Made by a program: the position numbers and the translations under genes. Shown in pieces: positions 53,473 through 62,917 of a DNA stretch of 64,000 bases; position 1 is the stretch's first letter, and each line of letters opens with the position of its first letter. The DNA is taken from NCBI GenBank assembly GCA_000965745.1, contig CP009479.1, forward strand, positions 352,001 through 416,000, given 5' to 3'. This stretch comes from an uncultured archaeon (lineage in GTDB: Archaea > Thermoplasmatota > Thermoplasmata > Thermoplasmatales > Thermoplasmataceae). The notes under the pieces are model-generated. The model searched no databases, had not been told where the DNA came from, and worked only from the letters and a program-made list of their open reading frames with translations.

Positions 53473-54585
53473 ATGAGACTTAGAGCACTTGAAATTAGTC
53501 AGAAGGATACCCAGTTCTACCTCTGCTCATTTAGAGCAAAAGATATCGTTGGTATCTATAAGGTAGATACATGGAGAACGGATAACAGGAATGGCTACCA
53601 GAGAGATGTTGTAATCAGTAGGGCAAGAGGGTTTGGAAGATTCATAAGAGATGGCGGTGTCTCGCCTTCTTCCATACTGCTAAATGTGAGAGAAAGTGGA
53701 GTTATATCTTACAAAGATGGTTATTTACAGATCCCAGACGAGACTCCATTATGGATCGTAGATGGTCAGCACCGTGTCAAAGGGCTCAAAGAAATGATTG
53801 AAAATGATGGTCACATTGACATGGGAGAATTTGAATTCCCCGCAGTAATAATGAATTACCAGAATCCTTATGAGGAGGCTAAGCAATTCGTCATCATTAA
53901 CAGAACCGCAAAGGGTGTACGGTCTGATTTAGGTGAAAGATTCCTTCAAAGGGCTATTGAAGAACAAGGTAAAATGAGTGTCATGGCCAGACAAGGGCTC
54001 CCTTCATCGATTCTTACCGGAGTAGAATGGAAAACAAGGGCTGTCAATATAACCGACAGGATTAGCACCCTGGATACTTCTATATGGAAAGACCTGATTA
54101 TATTTCCGAACGAGCCTAAAGGCGATAAACTGGTCAGTCAAAAAGCATTTTCAGACTCACTGAGGCCAATTCTTAATGACCGACTATTTGAGAGACGTAC
54201 AGACGATGAAATAACCCAGATTCTCATAAACTACTGGAATGCAGTCAAGGAAATTTGGCCCAGATGCTTCAGCGATCCAAGCTCTTACGTTCTTCAGAAG
54301 TACGCAGGGGTTTTTGCCGTTCACAAGTTGCTTCCAAAGGCAGCTCAGTTCTGCCCTACTAAAGGCGATAAAATTGTTCTTACTAAAGATTCTTTCCTGG
54401 TAATTTTTGAAAGACTTTCTCAGAAGGACTTGGGGGACGGCAAGAAGTTTGACGAGGAAATTTGGGCAAACAGAGGCAGATATGGAATGCTTGGTACAAC
54501 AATGAAGTCCGTTTCCCTAATTACAGACGACCTGTCAGATGCGCTTGACAATTCTTTAGGATCGGGACAGGATATAGAACTGTAA
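53473..54585 (+). CDS. DGQHR-domain (DndB-like, ParB/Srx-related) protein
   Basis: GYQR, PSSILLN, IVDGQHR, QFVIIN; AGGTGA RBS upstream. Confidence 0.9.
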   Translation: MRLRALEISQKDTQFYLCSFRAKDIVGIYKVDTWRTDNRNGYQRDVVISRARGFGRFIRDGGVSPSSILLNVRESGVISYKDGYLQIPDETPLWIVDGQHRVKGLKEMIENDGHIDMGEFEFPAVIMNYQNPYEEAKQFVIINRTAKGVRSDLGERFLQRAIEEQGKMSVMARQGLPSSILTGVEWKTRAVNITDRISTLDTSIWKDLIIFPNEPKGDKLVSQKAFSDSLRPILNDRLFERRTDDEITQILINYWNAVKEIWPRCFSDPSSYVLQKYAGVFAVHKLLPKAAQFCPTKGDKIVLTKDSFLVIFERLSQKDLGDGKKFDEEIWANRGRYGMLGTTMKSVSLITDDLSDALDNSLGSGQDIEL

Positions 54586-54602
54586 TTACCCCCTATTTCT
54601 AT

Positions 54603-55832
54603 TTGGAGGAATGTATGTCTTGTGATTTTATTTCTGAATTTCAAGTAACTGGCGACAAAGTAGTAAATCCAAGAGAAGGAATAACTTATGAATTCAAGGA
54701 GAATTTTAACTGGGGAGGCAAAGAGAAATATGCCAAGATCATGGCTTCTTTTGCTAATTCCACAGGTGGTTACCTCCTATTTGGCGTAAAAGATGACGGG
54801 CATATCGAGGGTCTCTCTAACAACAACTTTGAAGACCGCGACCCGGCAAATATCAGTTCATTCTTGAATTCCTTGTTCACTCCTGCAATACGGTGGGGCA
54901 AGTTCGTATGTGAACTTGGAGGATACAAGATCGGAGTCATCAAAGTCGAAGAGGCAATAGAAAAACCAATTATATCATATAGGAACGGCCAAGAGGTGAA
55001 GGAAGGAGACATTTTCTTTAGGTATGCAGCTCAAAGTGAAAGAATTAAGTTTTCTGAACTGAAGTCGATCATTGAAATTGGAAGAAGGGTGTACGGAGAG
55101 AAGCTCCTCAAGAGTCTAAGAATGATTGTCGAGAAAGGTCCTGAATCTGTAAAACTGCTTGACCTGAACGAGTTGAAAGATGCAAAGAAAGATGAGATTT
55201 ACTTCCTAGATGATAACTTTCCCGATTCGGAAGTAAGGGTACACAGAGCCTCAGAAAGCGAACAAACAAAGGGAGTTGGCATAAAAATAGTCAATGTTGA
55301 AGGTAAGGCGATGCCAATTACAATTAGGGAATTTGCAAACATAAGTTCAGAACTTATTGTGCACGCCTTTCTTGATCAAGAGCTCCCTGCAAAATTTGAT
55401 CCAATGGGCTTTGTGGAACGTCTCGCTTTCGAAACTAGCGGTTTGGTGCCTATGTATTTTTATATAAAAGAGGCCAACTTAACAAGAGATGAGGCAGTTG
55501 AGCTTATTAAAAAAACAAAGTCTACCACTAGAGGAAGAACTACTATCCTAAAACGATTGAGTGGTAAGGAATACGACTTCAGATCTTCAACATACAGCAA
55601 CACACTTGATGACTTAATTAATGGTTCCTTGAGCATAAGTGATCTGCAAACCTCAAATGTCAGGACCGTCTTGCAATCTATACGGTCTTGTTCAAAAGGC
55701 TTCTTGGTGCAGAACTGGAATAGGCTGAAGGACATAATGCAATACCTATATGATGAGTATTATATGAACCCGAAATTCAGGTCTGAGGTTAGATGGGCAA
55801 TGTGTTTCATAGACTTGACCTTATTTTCATAG
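54603..55832 (+). CDS. Schlafen/AlbA_2-domain protein with uncharacterised C-terminal region
   Basis: EGITYEFKE, SFANSTGGYLLFGVKDDG. Confidence 0.85.
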   Translation: MEECMSCDFISEFQVTGDKVVNPREGITYEFKENFNWGGKEKYAKIMASFANSTGGYLLFGVKDDGHIEGLSNNNFEDRDPANISSFLNSLFTPAIRWGKFVCELGGYKIGVIKVEEAIEKPIISYRNGQEVKEGDIFFRYAAQSERIKFSELKSIIEIGRRVYGEKLLKSLRMIVEKGPESVKLLDLNELKDAKKDEIYFLDDNFPDSEVRVHRASESEQTKGVGIKIVNVEGKAMPITIREFANISSELIVHAFLDQELPAKFDPMGFVERLAFETSGLVPMYFYIKEANLTRDEAVELIKKTKSTTRGRTTILKRLSGKEYDFRSSTYSNTLDDLINGSLSISDLQTSNVRTVLQSIRSCSKGFLVQNWNRLKDIMQYLYDEYYMNPKFRSEVRWAMCFIDLTLFS

Positions 55833-55839
55833 TCCGCGT

Positions 55840-55880
55840 AAGTATTCGCTTAATATTTTAATCAAATCCCGACCGGTCCA
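55840..55880 (+). repeat. attR copy 1 (arm + tRNA 3' core)
   Basis: AAGTATTCGCTTAATATTTTAA-TCAAATCCCGACCGGTCCA. Confidence 0.93.
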
Positions 55881-55888
55881 TTCGAACC

Positions 55889-56281
55889 CTACCTGAACAG
55901 CTTGAGACCCTTGTCAGTAAAAACTTCAAAGTGATTATATAAGGTATAGAGTGAGCATCCGTTATTAATTGCTATTGACGCAACAATAGCGTCCATTCTT
56001 GGAACTGCCCCTCCTTTTCTTTCCGCGTCTAATTCTAAAACGGCAGATAGTTCACTGTCATTTTTACTGTATTCCAGAGTTGGAATCTGCAGGACTAGAC
56101 GAGAATCTCTGGAGTATTTCTCTATACCGTACAGCACCTCATGCATGTTCACTGAACTTGTGCAGTATTCTTCCCCGCTTTCGATGATTTTAAGCATGAG
56201 TTCCTGGCCTTTGTATGAGTCCTTATCCAGCACTTCGATGATGATATCCGTGTCCAGAAGAATCAATTTCTTTTCTCCCAT
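55889..56281 (-). CDS. vapC: VapC PIN-domain toxin
   Basis: LLDTDIII, E, MDAIVASIA; overlaps the antitoxin gene. Confidence 0.9.
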   Translation of the reverse strand: MGEKKLILLDTDIIIEVLDKDSYKGQELMLKIIESGEEYCTSSVNMHEVLYGIEKYSRDSRLVLQIPTLEYSKNDSELSAVLELDAERKGGAVPRMDAIVASIAINNGCSLYTLYNHFEVFTDKGLKLFR

Positions 56282-56475
56282 CGTTTCTTTTCTATATCCA
56301 TGAGGAGCTCCTTCTTATTTTCAAATTCCACGCTTCCCCGTAGAGACAAAAGTAGATCCTTCTTGCTCTGTGATTTAATAAGCCTGTCCAGAAGTTCACT
56401 GAAACTTTCATTCTCCTTCTTGAATCCCATCAGTTCATCATATACAGATTTCTTAATGGTGATAGTTTTAGGCAT
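56263..56475 (-). CDS. vapB: VapB antitoxin (DUF217-like)
   Basis: MPKTITIKKSVYDEL..KKENESFSELLDRL. Confidence 0.88.
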   Translation of the reverse strand: MPKTITIKKSVYDELMGFKKENESFSELLDRLIKSQSKKDLLLSLRGSVEFENKKELLMDIEKKRWEKRN

Positions 56476-56550
56476 AACATATGTTTATGTTTAACACTAT
56501 TTATACCTTCATACATCTACCAGTAAAGGCGCTGGAACGTGTCTTCTATA

Positions 56551-56591
56551 AAGTATTCGCTTAATATTTTAATCAAATCCCGACCAGTCCA
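56551..56591 (+). repeat. attR copy 2
   Basis: Matches 55840-55880 at 40 of 41 positions (GACCAGTCCA variant). Confidence 0.9.
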
Positions 56592-56696
56592 CTTCAAGTT
56601 TACCGGGATATGCGAACAACTTTCAAGATTTACCCCCACCCTTGATTGTCTGCAGAAGCTCCATGCGGGATCACTTCAGCACCGGATCCAGTTCAA

Positions 56697-58151
56697 TCAA
56701 TTTTCTGGTTTCTTCAATTTCTTGAAAAGCTCATGTTCTATATCCGAAAGATTCATGAAGATTACATTTCCAGCCAGCCCATGCATGGCTCCCTTGAATC
56801 CACTTTTTGAAAATACAGCATATGTATAATTTTTCCCGGGGTATTGCTTTCTCAGTGATTCTGATTTTGTCTTTAAAGCTTCAACCACATTTATCGGTAC
56901 GGGACTGTTTGTCCACTTGCATTCTGCGAAAAACAATTCTCCACGTTTTTCGGAGTGTGCGACGATATCGATCTCCTCCACACCCCTGCCCTTTTTTCCG
57001 GACCCGTTTCTGCCCCACCACCTGGAAACAGTGTCAAACGATCTGCCTAATATCCCTTCCAATATTAGTTCCTTCATGAGGTTCTCAAACTGCTCACCCG
57101 CAAATGTGGGAAAATCTGTCTTTATGCTCTCAAGTACGCCTCCGTTGCGGGAACTCTCGATTTCACTCTTATGCGGCAATACATACCTGAACCAGAACTT
57201 CAGGTACTGGTCGGATATCCAGTACAATTTTCTCTTGAATTTCTCATGAGCCCCGAATGGCTTTTCAGGTATTACAAGGCCAAGTGACATGAGGACATCG
57301 AGATACTTGGATACCATACTCTTGTCCAGCCCGGAATAGTAACATATCTCTCCCAATGTATGATTTCCGTAAGAAATAGATCTGAGAATCAGCATGTAGT
57401 TCCTCGGTTCCCTGAATTCAGTTCTAAGGAGAAATTCTGCCTCCTCATAGAGTGCAGAACCTTTTGAAAGCAGGTTCTTTGACACATTTCCCCAAAATCC
57501 AACAGAAGGATCAAGTTTCAGAAGATATTCTGGTATGCCGCCAAATACAAAGTATGTATTGCATAAATCTTCAAATCCATAATCCACAAATTCAGCCAAA
57601 TATCTGAACTTCAAAGGTTTCAGCTGCAGTTGGCCGGTTCTTCTGCCGTAAAGAGGACTTCTACAGGAAAGTACTTCATTTTCCATTATGCTGATTGATG
57701 AGCCTGAAAGAATCAACATTACATTCATCTGCCTCAGAATCGTGTCGTATATTTTTTGAAACACCGATGAGATTGCCCTGTTAGCCTCTATTAGATATGG
57801 AAATTCATCAATGGCAATTATGACCTTTGATTTGCTTGCTTTCGCACGAAATGAGCTACTTGAAGCCAGAACAGAGAAAAGAGAGTGCCAATCATCAAAA
57901 CTTGCCTTGATAATACTGTCATCTTCCAGAAACCTTGATACACTCGCCTTGAAGTTGTTTATGTTTTCTTTGTCTCCTTCTGCTGTTGCAAGAAAATAGA
58001 CTCCCCTGTTGCCAATGAACCTACTGATTAATTCAGTCTTTCCAACCCTTCTTCTCCCATAAAGGATGAACAGCGAAGCTTCCTTGGATGAGTAAGCATT
58101 CTCAAGGATTTCTAGTTCCTCAACTCTGTTGACAAACTTTTGTTGATACAT
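56697..58151 (-). CDS. Archaeal ATPase (ATPase_2) with wHTH and DUF234 PD-(D/E)XK nuclease-like domain
   Basis: FVNRVEE, YGRRRVGKT, IDEFPY, SPLYGRRT, EIDIV...AECKW. Confidence 0.9.
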   Translation of the reverse strand: MYQQKFVNRVEELEILENAYSSKEASLFILYGRRRVGKTELISRFIGNRGVYFLATAEGDKENINNFKASVSRFLEDDSIIKASFDDWHSLFSVLASSSSFRAKASKSKVIIAIDEFPYLIEANRAISSVFQKIYDTILRQMNVMLILSGSSISIMENEVLSCRSPLYGRRTGQLQLKPLKFRYLAEFVDYGFEDLCNTYFVFGGIPEYLLKLDPSVGFWGNVSKNLLSKGSALYEEAEFLLRTEFREPRNYMLILRSISYGNHTLGEICYYSGLDKSMVSKYLDVLMSLGLVIPEKPFGAHEKFKRKLYWISDQYLKFWFRYVLPHKSEIESSRNGGVLESIKTDFPTFAGEQFENLMKELILEGILGRSFDTVSRWWGRNGSGKKGRGVEEIDIVAHSEKRGELFFAECKWTNSPVPINVVEALKTKSESLRKQYPGKNYTYAVFSKSGFKGAMHGLAGNVIFMNLSDIEHELFKKLKKPEN

Positions 58152-58263
58152 AAGTATTATACTTTATTCACAACAAGTACATTAACCTGTCCGGACTAAA
58201 CGTATTAAACTGAATAACCTTGGAGTCTTCCTTTAAAACAATAATAATTTATCAGGATGCCGT

Positions 58264-58506
58264 TCATTCAAGCTCGAGTCTTCTCTTCAGCTCTTCGAGT
58301 GAGATAAGTCTACCCTCCACTACATCCAAGGAACTCTCGAGGAAAGATGCTTTGAATTCATCAGTGTATCTACCTTCATCGTCACCCTCAGGGATCAGAC
58401 TCAATAATGCCCTTATCAATTTGTCATAAGAAATGCCACCGGCTTTCTTTAGTGCTTCCAATCTCAATTTAGTGGATTCTTTTACGTGGATTGTGGAATT
58501 ATTCAT
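58264..58506 (-). CDS. Orphan RHH/antitoxin-like protein
   Basis: STIHVKESTKLRLEALK..SYDKLIRALL; DVVEGRLISLEELK. Confidence 0.7.
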   Translation of the reverse strand: MNNSTIHVKESTKLRLEALKKAGGISYDKLIRALLSLIPEGDDEGRYTDEFKASFLESSLDVVEGRLISLEELKRRLELE

Positions 58507-58594
58507 TCTTTCCTATGATTAAGGAGAGCAACAATTTAAATGGTATCTTCAAGCGGAATGGGCGACGCGAGCATGAACTCATTTGTTAATTCCG

Positions 58595-58633
58595 GTATTC
58601 ACTAAAAACACTAATCGAATCCCGGCCGGTCAA
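58595..58633 (+). repeat. attR copy 3 (degenerate)
   Basis: GTATTC-12 nt-AATCGAATCCCGGCCGGTCAA; same arm spacing as copies 1 and 2. Confidence 0.7.
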
Positions 58634-58871
58634 TGATATCTCACGGTCATAATTTTCAACAGAAAACCTCCAATCAATAGATTTCAACTTCTGTCCATCG
58701 CCCATAAACCCTTGATAGAAACAAACTGGAAAAGAGTGCCAATGAAATGGTCAATTCCTAATTCTGCCCTCCAGTTGTTTAATTCAGCTTATGGTTTATC
58801 TCAAGTCCGTGGTGTAGCAGCCTCTAGATATGCGAATATGAACAAAGTTATTGGTATAACAATATGGATGC

Positions 58872-61800
58872 GTGCTAAGTAATCTCAATTCAAGAGTGAA
58901 CAACATGAGTGATTCAGGAGACAATAAAAAAACAACCGGTGACCCACAAATAGGGAGCATCCGGGCAAACACTAAAACTTCAACCAAGTGGATTGCAGTT
59001 GTAATAGCCCTTCTCGCAATAATAGGAGTCCTGGGTGGGGTGCTTGCAACACACTATTCCGCGGCCCAGACAGCCGGAGGGATCAACGCAATACTTTCAA
59101 GCAAGATTGGAGCAATAGATCAGAATGGAACCTATACGACGAGCATTACAGCGTCAAGCACTTTCAAGAACATGACAGTCTACTTCGGTGATGGTTCCAG
59201 CCAGCTCTTAAATTATAACGGGAACAATACTGTGAAAATCAGCCATAGGTATACTAATCCCGGTGAATACTATATTTTTGCCGATATCAACTATGGCTCA
59301 ACCAGCAGTTATTACATAGAGCCCGTCAAGGTTACACCACAGTACCCGAACACAAAATATGCCTACAGATCCATGTCTGTGGATCCCCTGTCTTCATCAC
59401 CGCAGTTGGTAAACAACCTGTCCAACATATTCAGCCCTGGTTCGCACATGACGCTCAACTTCGTCCCCCCTGTCGGAGGAGGCAGCGACCAGATAGTGCA
59501 GCAGACGCTGTCTATGTCCAACGGAACAGGGATGGTTTCGAGCCAGAACATACCTTACTTCTACAACCTGAACAATAAGGAATATGAGATTCCAGTTCAG
59601 ACGGAGGCTTATGGAGGTCTGCAGTCCGGCCTTTATGTTCTTGAGATCAACACCACCACAGCTCCGGTAAACTTCACACAGATGATAACTGCCAAGGTCT
59701 CAAGCACATCGATCATGAATTTCACGGCCAATCAGCAGTACATTTCTGCCTCTGCAACGTCGCTTGTCCACAACCTTTCAGCGTTGCAGTTTGACAGGAC
59801 AAACATAACCTACAGTGCCAATACGACAGTTAATTACACAAACCCTGCAGCTCTGTTTCTCTGGGATTCAGCGAATATCACCCTGAATAACGGATCAGTT
59901 ACTTACGGGACAAAAACGGTAACGTCAGGAACGTTTAAGGTGAATGCATCCACAGAGCTCTCCCTCTCCAGGCAGACTAACGTTACGTTCAACAACATGG
60001 CATCTGCAGAATTGAATGATACCAGCACTGTTTCAGTTTTCACCGGTGCAGCATCAGGCATAACAACGGACAATGCCACCCAGATAAAATTCCTTGCCAA
60101 TGCGCATAACGTTTCAGTGACATCAACATTGACCGGGGCCAGCACTGTTCCACTCAACAACGGAGAATACAACCGTTCCGCAACAGTCACAACATCCTAT
60201 TTCATAGATTTCCCGGTTGTCGGACAGGTACAGCAGCAGACTGGGGCATCCACAAGCTTCACCAACGCCGAGCCAAACCTGCCAGGCGGATATACGACGC
60301 TTGATCCGGCAACAGCATATTACCAGGCAGACACAGAAATACTTTCCAGCGTCCTGATGACGCTTGTAACGTATAACGGGTCTTCAACAAGCAATTTTGA
60401 GCCGCTCGTTGCAAAACAGCTGCCTTCTTTCAAGAACGGCGAAATAAACAGCAACTACACGAACAAGACTGTAACCACTCCATGGGGTTCAAAATATCAG
60501 TACAACGTCACCCCGGGCGAGAATTACACCTTTGTTGTAAACCAGAAGATCAAGTTCGCAAACGGGAATCCGGTTACAGCGTGGGATATCATGTACTCCC
60601 TGACAAGGACACTTCTCTTCGCGGGTGGATCTCCGGGAACTTCCGGATGGATCCTCGGGCAGTACATCCTTCCAGGGCATTACTTCAAGACAAACACTTT
60701 CTACAACATTACCACTAACATGACCGTAGACAACAACACAAACTCCATCACATTCCACTTCCAACAGCCAATGAACCCGAGTTTCGCGTTCCAGATCTTT
60801 TCGTCGGTCGGTACCTGGATCGAGGATTCCGGCTGGTACATAAAGCATGGGGCGGGGATAACATGGAGCAAACAGGGATTCCAGGACTACAAGAAATATG
60901 GGGATCTCAGCAACTACAACTCCTATGTCCAGAACCACGTGATGCCTGACGGCCCCTACAGAGTCTCATATATTGTGCCTGGGACTCAGGTTACACTTGC
61001 AGCAAACCCGGATTTCGTTTCACCCGGACCATGGTATCCTGCAGCGAAGATCAATACGGTCAACATACTATACCCCCACACCAATCAGCAAGCTTACCTG
61101 CTTCTGAAATCGGGGCAGGCTCAGAACGCATTTCTTCCGACGACATACTGGAACCAGACCAGGGCACTTGCAAACAGCGGAACTATCAGTGTGTATGGGT
61201 TCCCCACTCTGTCAATCAATTTCTACAACTTCAACCTGAAAATCAATGCTACGATACTGCATTCCCTGGACCAGTCGTCAAATGTGCCGTCATACTTCTT
61301 CGTCAACCCGAACGTCAGGAAGGCCTTCGCATACGCATTCAACTATTCCCTTTACTTCGGAAGGCAGGTTGGAAATGAGGTTTACAATACAACCTTCTTC
61401 TCGCCCTATGTAGGAATGCTTCCGTCTGGAATGCTCTACAACCAGACTGCACAGGGCCTGGCGGACGCGGGAAGCGGTGTTGTCAATGCTAACGGCCACG
61501 AGCCTTTCCAGCTTCAGCAGGCAAGAAAATACCTGAACTACTTCTTCAATGGCACAACAAGCTCATCCAACCACGACACAGCAGGCACAATGAACGTGAA
61601 ATTCCAGGGAGGAAAGGTTCTGTATAACGGCAACCCGCTTGTGATTCCAATAATAGTTCCTGCCAACGATCCCACAAGCACCGCAGCAGTAACAACATGG
61701 GGTGCGGACCTGAAGCAGATTCTACCCGGCGCATCTTTCCCTATTGTCCCGCTGCCGCTGACCCAGCTGTTCGGGGCATACTCGGTGCAGGGGCAGAACC

Positions 61801-62231
61801 CGATGCCAGTAAGCTGGGGCGCCTGGAACCCTGACTACCCCTTCCCCACAGACTATCTGCTGCCAATGGCAATGCCAATAAACGGATCCTTCTACATGGG
61901 AGCTGCAGATTACACGCCATACAATGTGGAAAACACCAGTCACAATGCCTACAACCTGTCTGAAGCAAGCTTCATGAACCAGGAAATCAGTGCATTGAAC
62001 AATGCGACAAGCAATGTGACAAATCAGACACTTTCGGAGTACTGGTTCCATGTTACGAACGGAATGGTCGTAAACAGCACAAATGAGGTATACGCCGGAC
62101 AGACACACAGATACCTAACCATCAGCGCAGGCATAAACGGAAACGACATTACAGCGTACCAGCAGAACGTGATGTTCGGAGGCAAAGGCATATTGCTCTA
62201 CAACCTTATCGGGTACAACACAACAGCGTGA
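58872..62231 (+). CDS. ABC transporter substrate-binding protein (family 5) with N-terminal TM anchor and PKD-like domain
   Basis: VYFGDGS...HRYTNPGEY (PKD); TLDPA, KFANGNPVTAWD, GPY, VRKAFAYAFNY, WNPDYP. Confidence 0.88.
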   Translation: MLSNLNSRVNNMSDSGDNKKTTGDPQIGSIRANTKTSTKWIAVVIALLAIIGVLGGVLATHYSAAQTAGGINAILSSKIGAIDQNGTYTTSITASSTFKNMTVYFGDGSSQLLNYNGNNTVKISHRYTNPGEYYIFADINYGSTSSYYIEPVKVTPQYPNTKYAYRSMSVDPLSSSPQLVNNLSNIFSPGSHMTLNFVPPVGGGSDQIVQQTLSMSNGTGMVSSQNIPYFYNLNNKEYEIPVQTEAYGGLQSGLYVLEINTTTAPVNFTQMITAKVSSTSIMNFTANQQYISASATSLVHNLSALQFDRTNITYSANTTVNYTNPAALFLWDSANITLNNGSVTYGTKTVTSGTFKVNASTELSLSRQTNVTFNNMASAELNDTSTVSVFTGAASGITTDNATQIKFLANAHNVSVTSTLTGASTVPLNNGEYNRSATVTTSYFIDFPVVGQVQQQTGASTSFTNAEPNLPGGYTTLDPATAYYQADTEILSSVLMTLVTYNGSSTSNFEPLVAKQLPSFKNGEINSNYTNKTVTTPWGSKYQYNVTPGENYTFVVNQKIKFANGNPVTAWDIMYSLTRTLLFAGGSPGTSGWILGQYILPGHYFKTNTFYNITTNMTVDNNTNSITFHFQQPMNPSFAFQIFSSVGTWIEDSGWYIKHGAGITWSKQGFQDYKKYGDLSNYNSYVQNHVMPDGPYRVSYIVPGTQVTLAANPDFVSPGPWYPAAKINTVNILYPHTNQQAYLLLKSGQAQNAFLPTTYWNQTRALANSGTISVYGFPTLSINFYNFNLKINATILHSLDQSSNVPSYFFVNPNVRKAFAYAFNYSLYFGRQVGNEVYNTTFFSPYVGMLPSGMLYNQTAQGLADAGSGVVNANGHEPFQLQQARKYLNYFFNGTTSSSNHDTAGTMNVKFQGGKVLYNGNPLVIPIIVPANDPTSTAAVTTWGADLKQILPGASFPIVPLPLTQLFGAYSVQGQNPMPVSWGAWNPDYPFPTDYLLPMAMPINGSFYMGAADYTPYNVENTSHNAYNLSEASFMNQEISALNNATSNVTNQTLSEYWFHVTNGMVVNSTNEVYAGQTHRYLTISAGINGNDITAYQQNVMFGGKGILLYNLIGYNTTA

Positions 62232-62363
62232 GCTTCGGTTCACGCCGAATAATTTTTTATTCTTTTTCTCTTTATTTTGACTGGAAGAACATTGTTATAC
62301 TACTGCAGGAGATCAGGCATTGAGGTTTGTTCAGGGCTTGCCGTTGAAAGTGATGCGTGAGGT

Positions 62364-62810
62364 GTGGAAATAAACATGACAGTAACCGTGCGTTCAGAAG
62401 TGAGAATATGGCCAAATGCCAGCAAGATAGACGACTGCACCCAGAATTACCTTACCATTCCAAAGAAGCTTATATCTGACACATACAACCCTGGTCCGGG
62501 TTCAATAGTAACAGGGAAGATAGTAGCCGTTTCAATAGAAACAGATGAAGACATAGTTGGTGGCGGCGAATTCTCAAGTGTTATAAGGGATATCCCGGCC
62601 AGTACGAGGATAGTACTCGGGCAGGGCGACTATGATTACCTTTTTATATTCACAAAGGACTGGAAAAAGATTTCCAAAAAATTCACTGTTCCAGGGAGAA
62701 AATTCCTGACCTACTCCATTGACTCGATCCAGAACGGAAGGAAAAAAGAGAGGATCTACCACGGAAATACGGTATACTGGGAAGAGAAGGACGGTACAAC
62801 CCTGGAATGA
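62364..62810 (+). CDS. Hypothetical protein
   Basis: 148 aa ORF with plausible composition. Confidence 0.55.
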   Translation: MEINMTVTVRSEVRIWPNASKIDDCTQNYLTIPKKLISDTYNPGPGSIVTGKIVAVSIETDEDIVGGGEFSSVIRDIPASTRIVLGQGDYDYLFIFTKDWKKISKKFTVPGRKFLTYSIDSIQNGRKKERIYHGNTVYWEEKDGTTLE

Positions 62811-62917
62811 GAAGGCAGGTTCAATGATGACTGATCGTGCGATACGAATAAATCTGACCAACATATATTACATCCGGACGTGGATATTTGCCGGACGGAT
62901 ATGACAGGAGCAACAGG

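Larger units (their letters stand above)
38345..55880. mobile_element. Integrative plasmid-like element inserted in the 3' end of tRNA-Ala (~17.5 kb)
   Basis: Direct repeat TCAAATCCCGACCGGTCCA at 38345-38363 and 55862-55880; integrase adjacent to the tRNA; replication, partition, resolution and defence cargo. Confidence 0.92.

Noticed and set aside
53473-54585. Dnd phosphorothioation system
   Set aside because: Only a DGQHR-domain gene is present; no dndA/C/D/E or pbe genes in the window.
38413-55880. Provirus
   Set aside because: No recognisable capsid, terminase or tail genes; a divergent archaeal virus cannot be fully excluded.
55840-58633. att repeats as a CRISPR array
   Set aside because: Spacing is 0.7-2 kb, the intervals contain genes, and the repeat is the tRNA 3' end; no cas genes are present.
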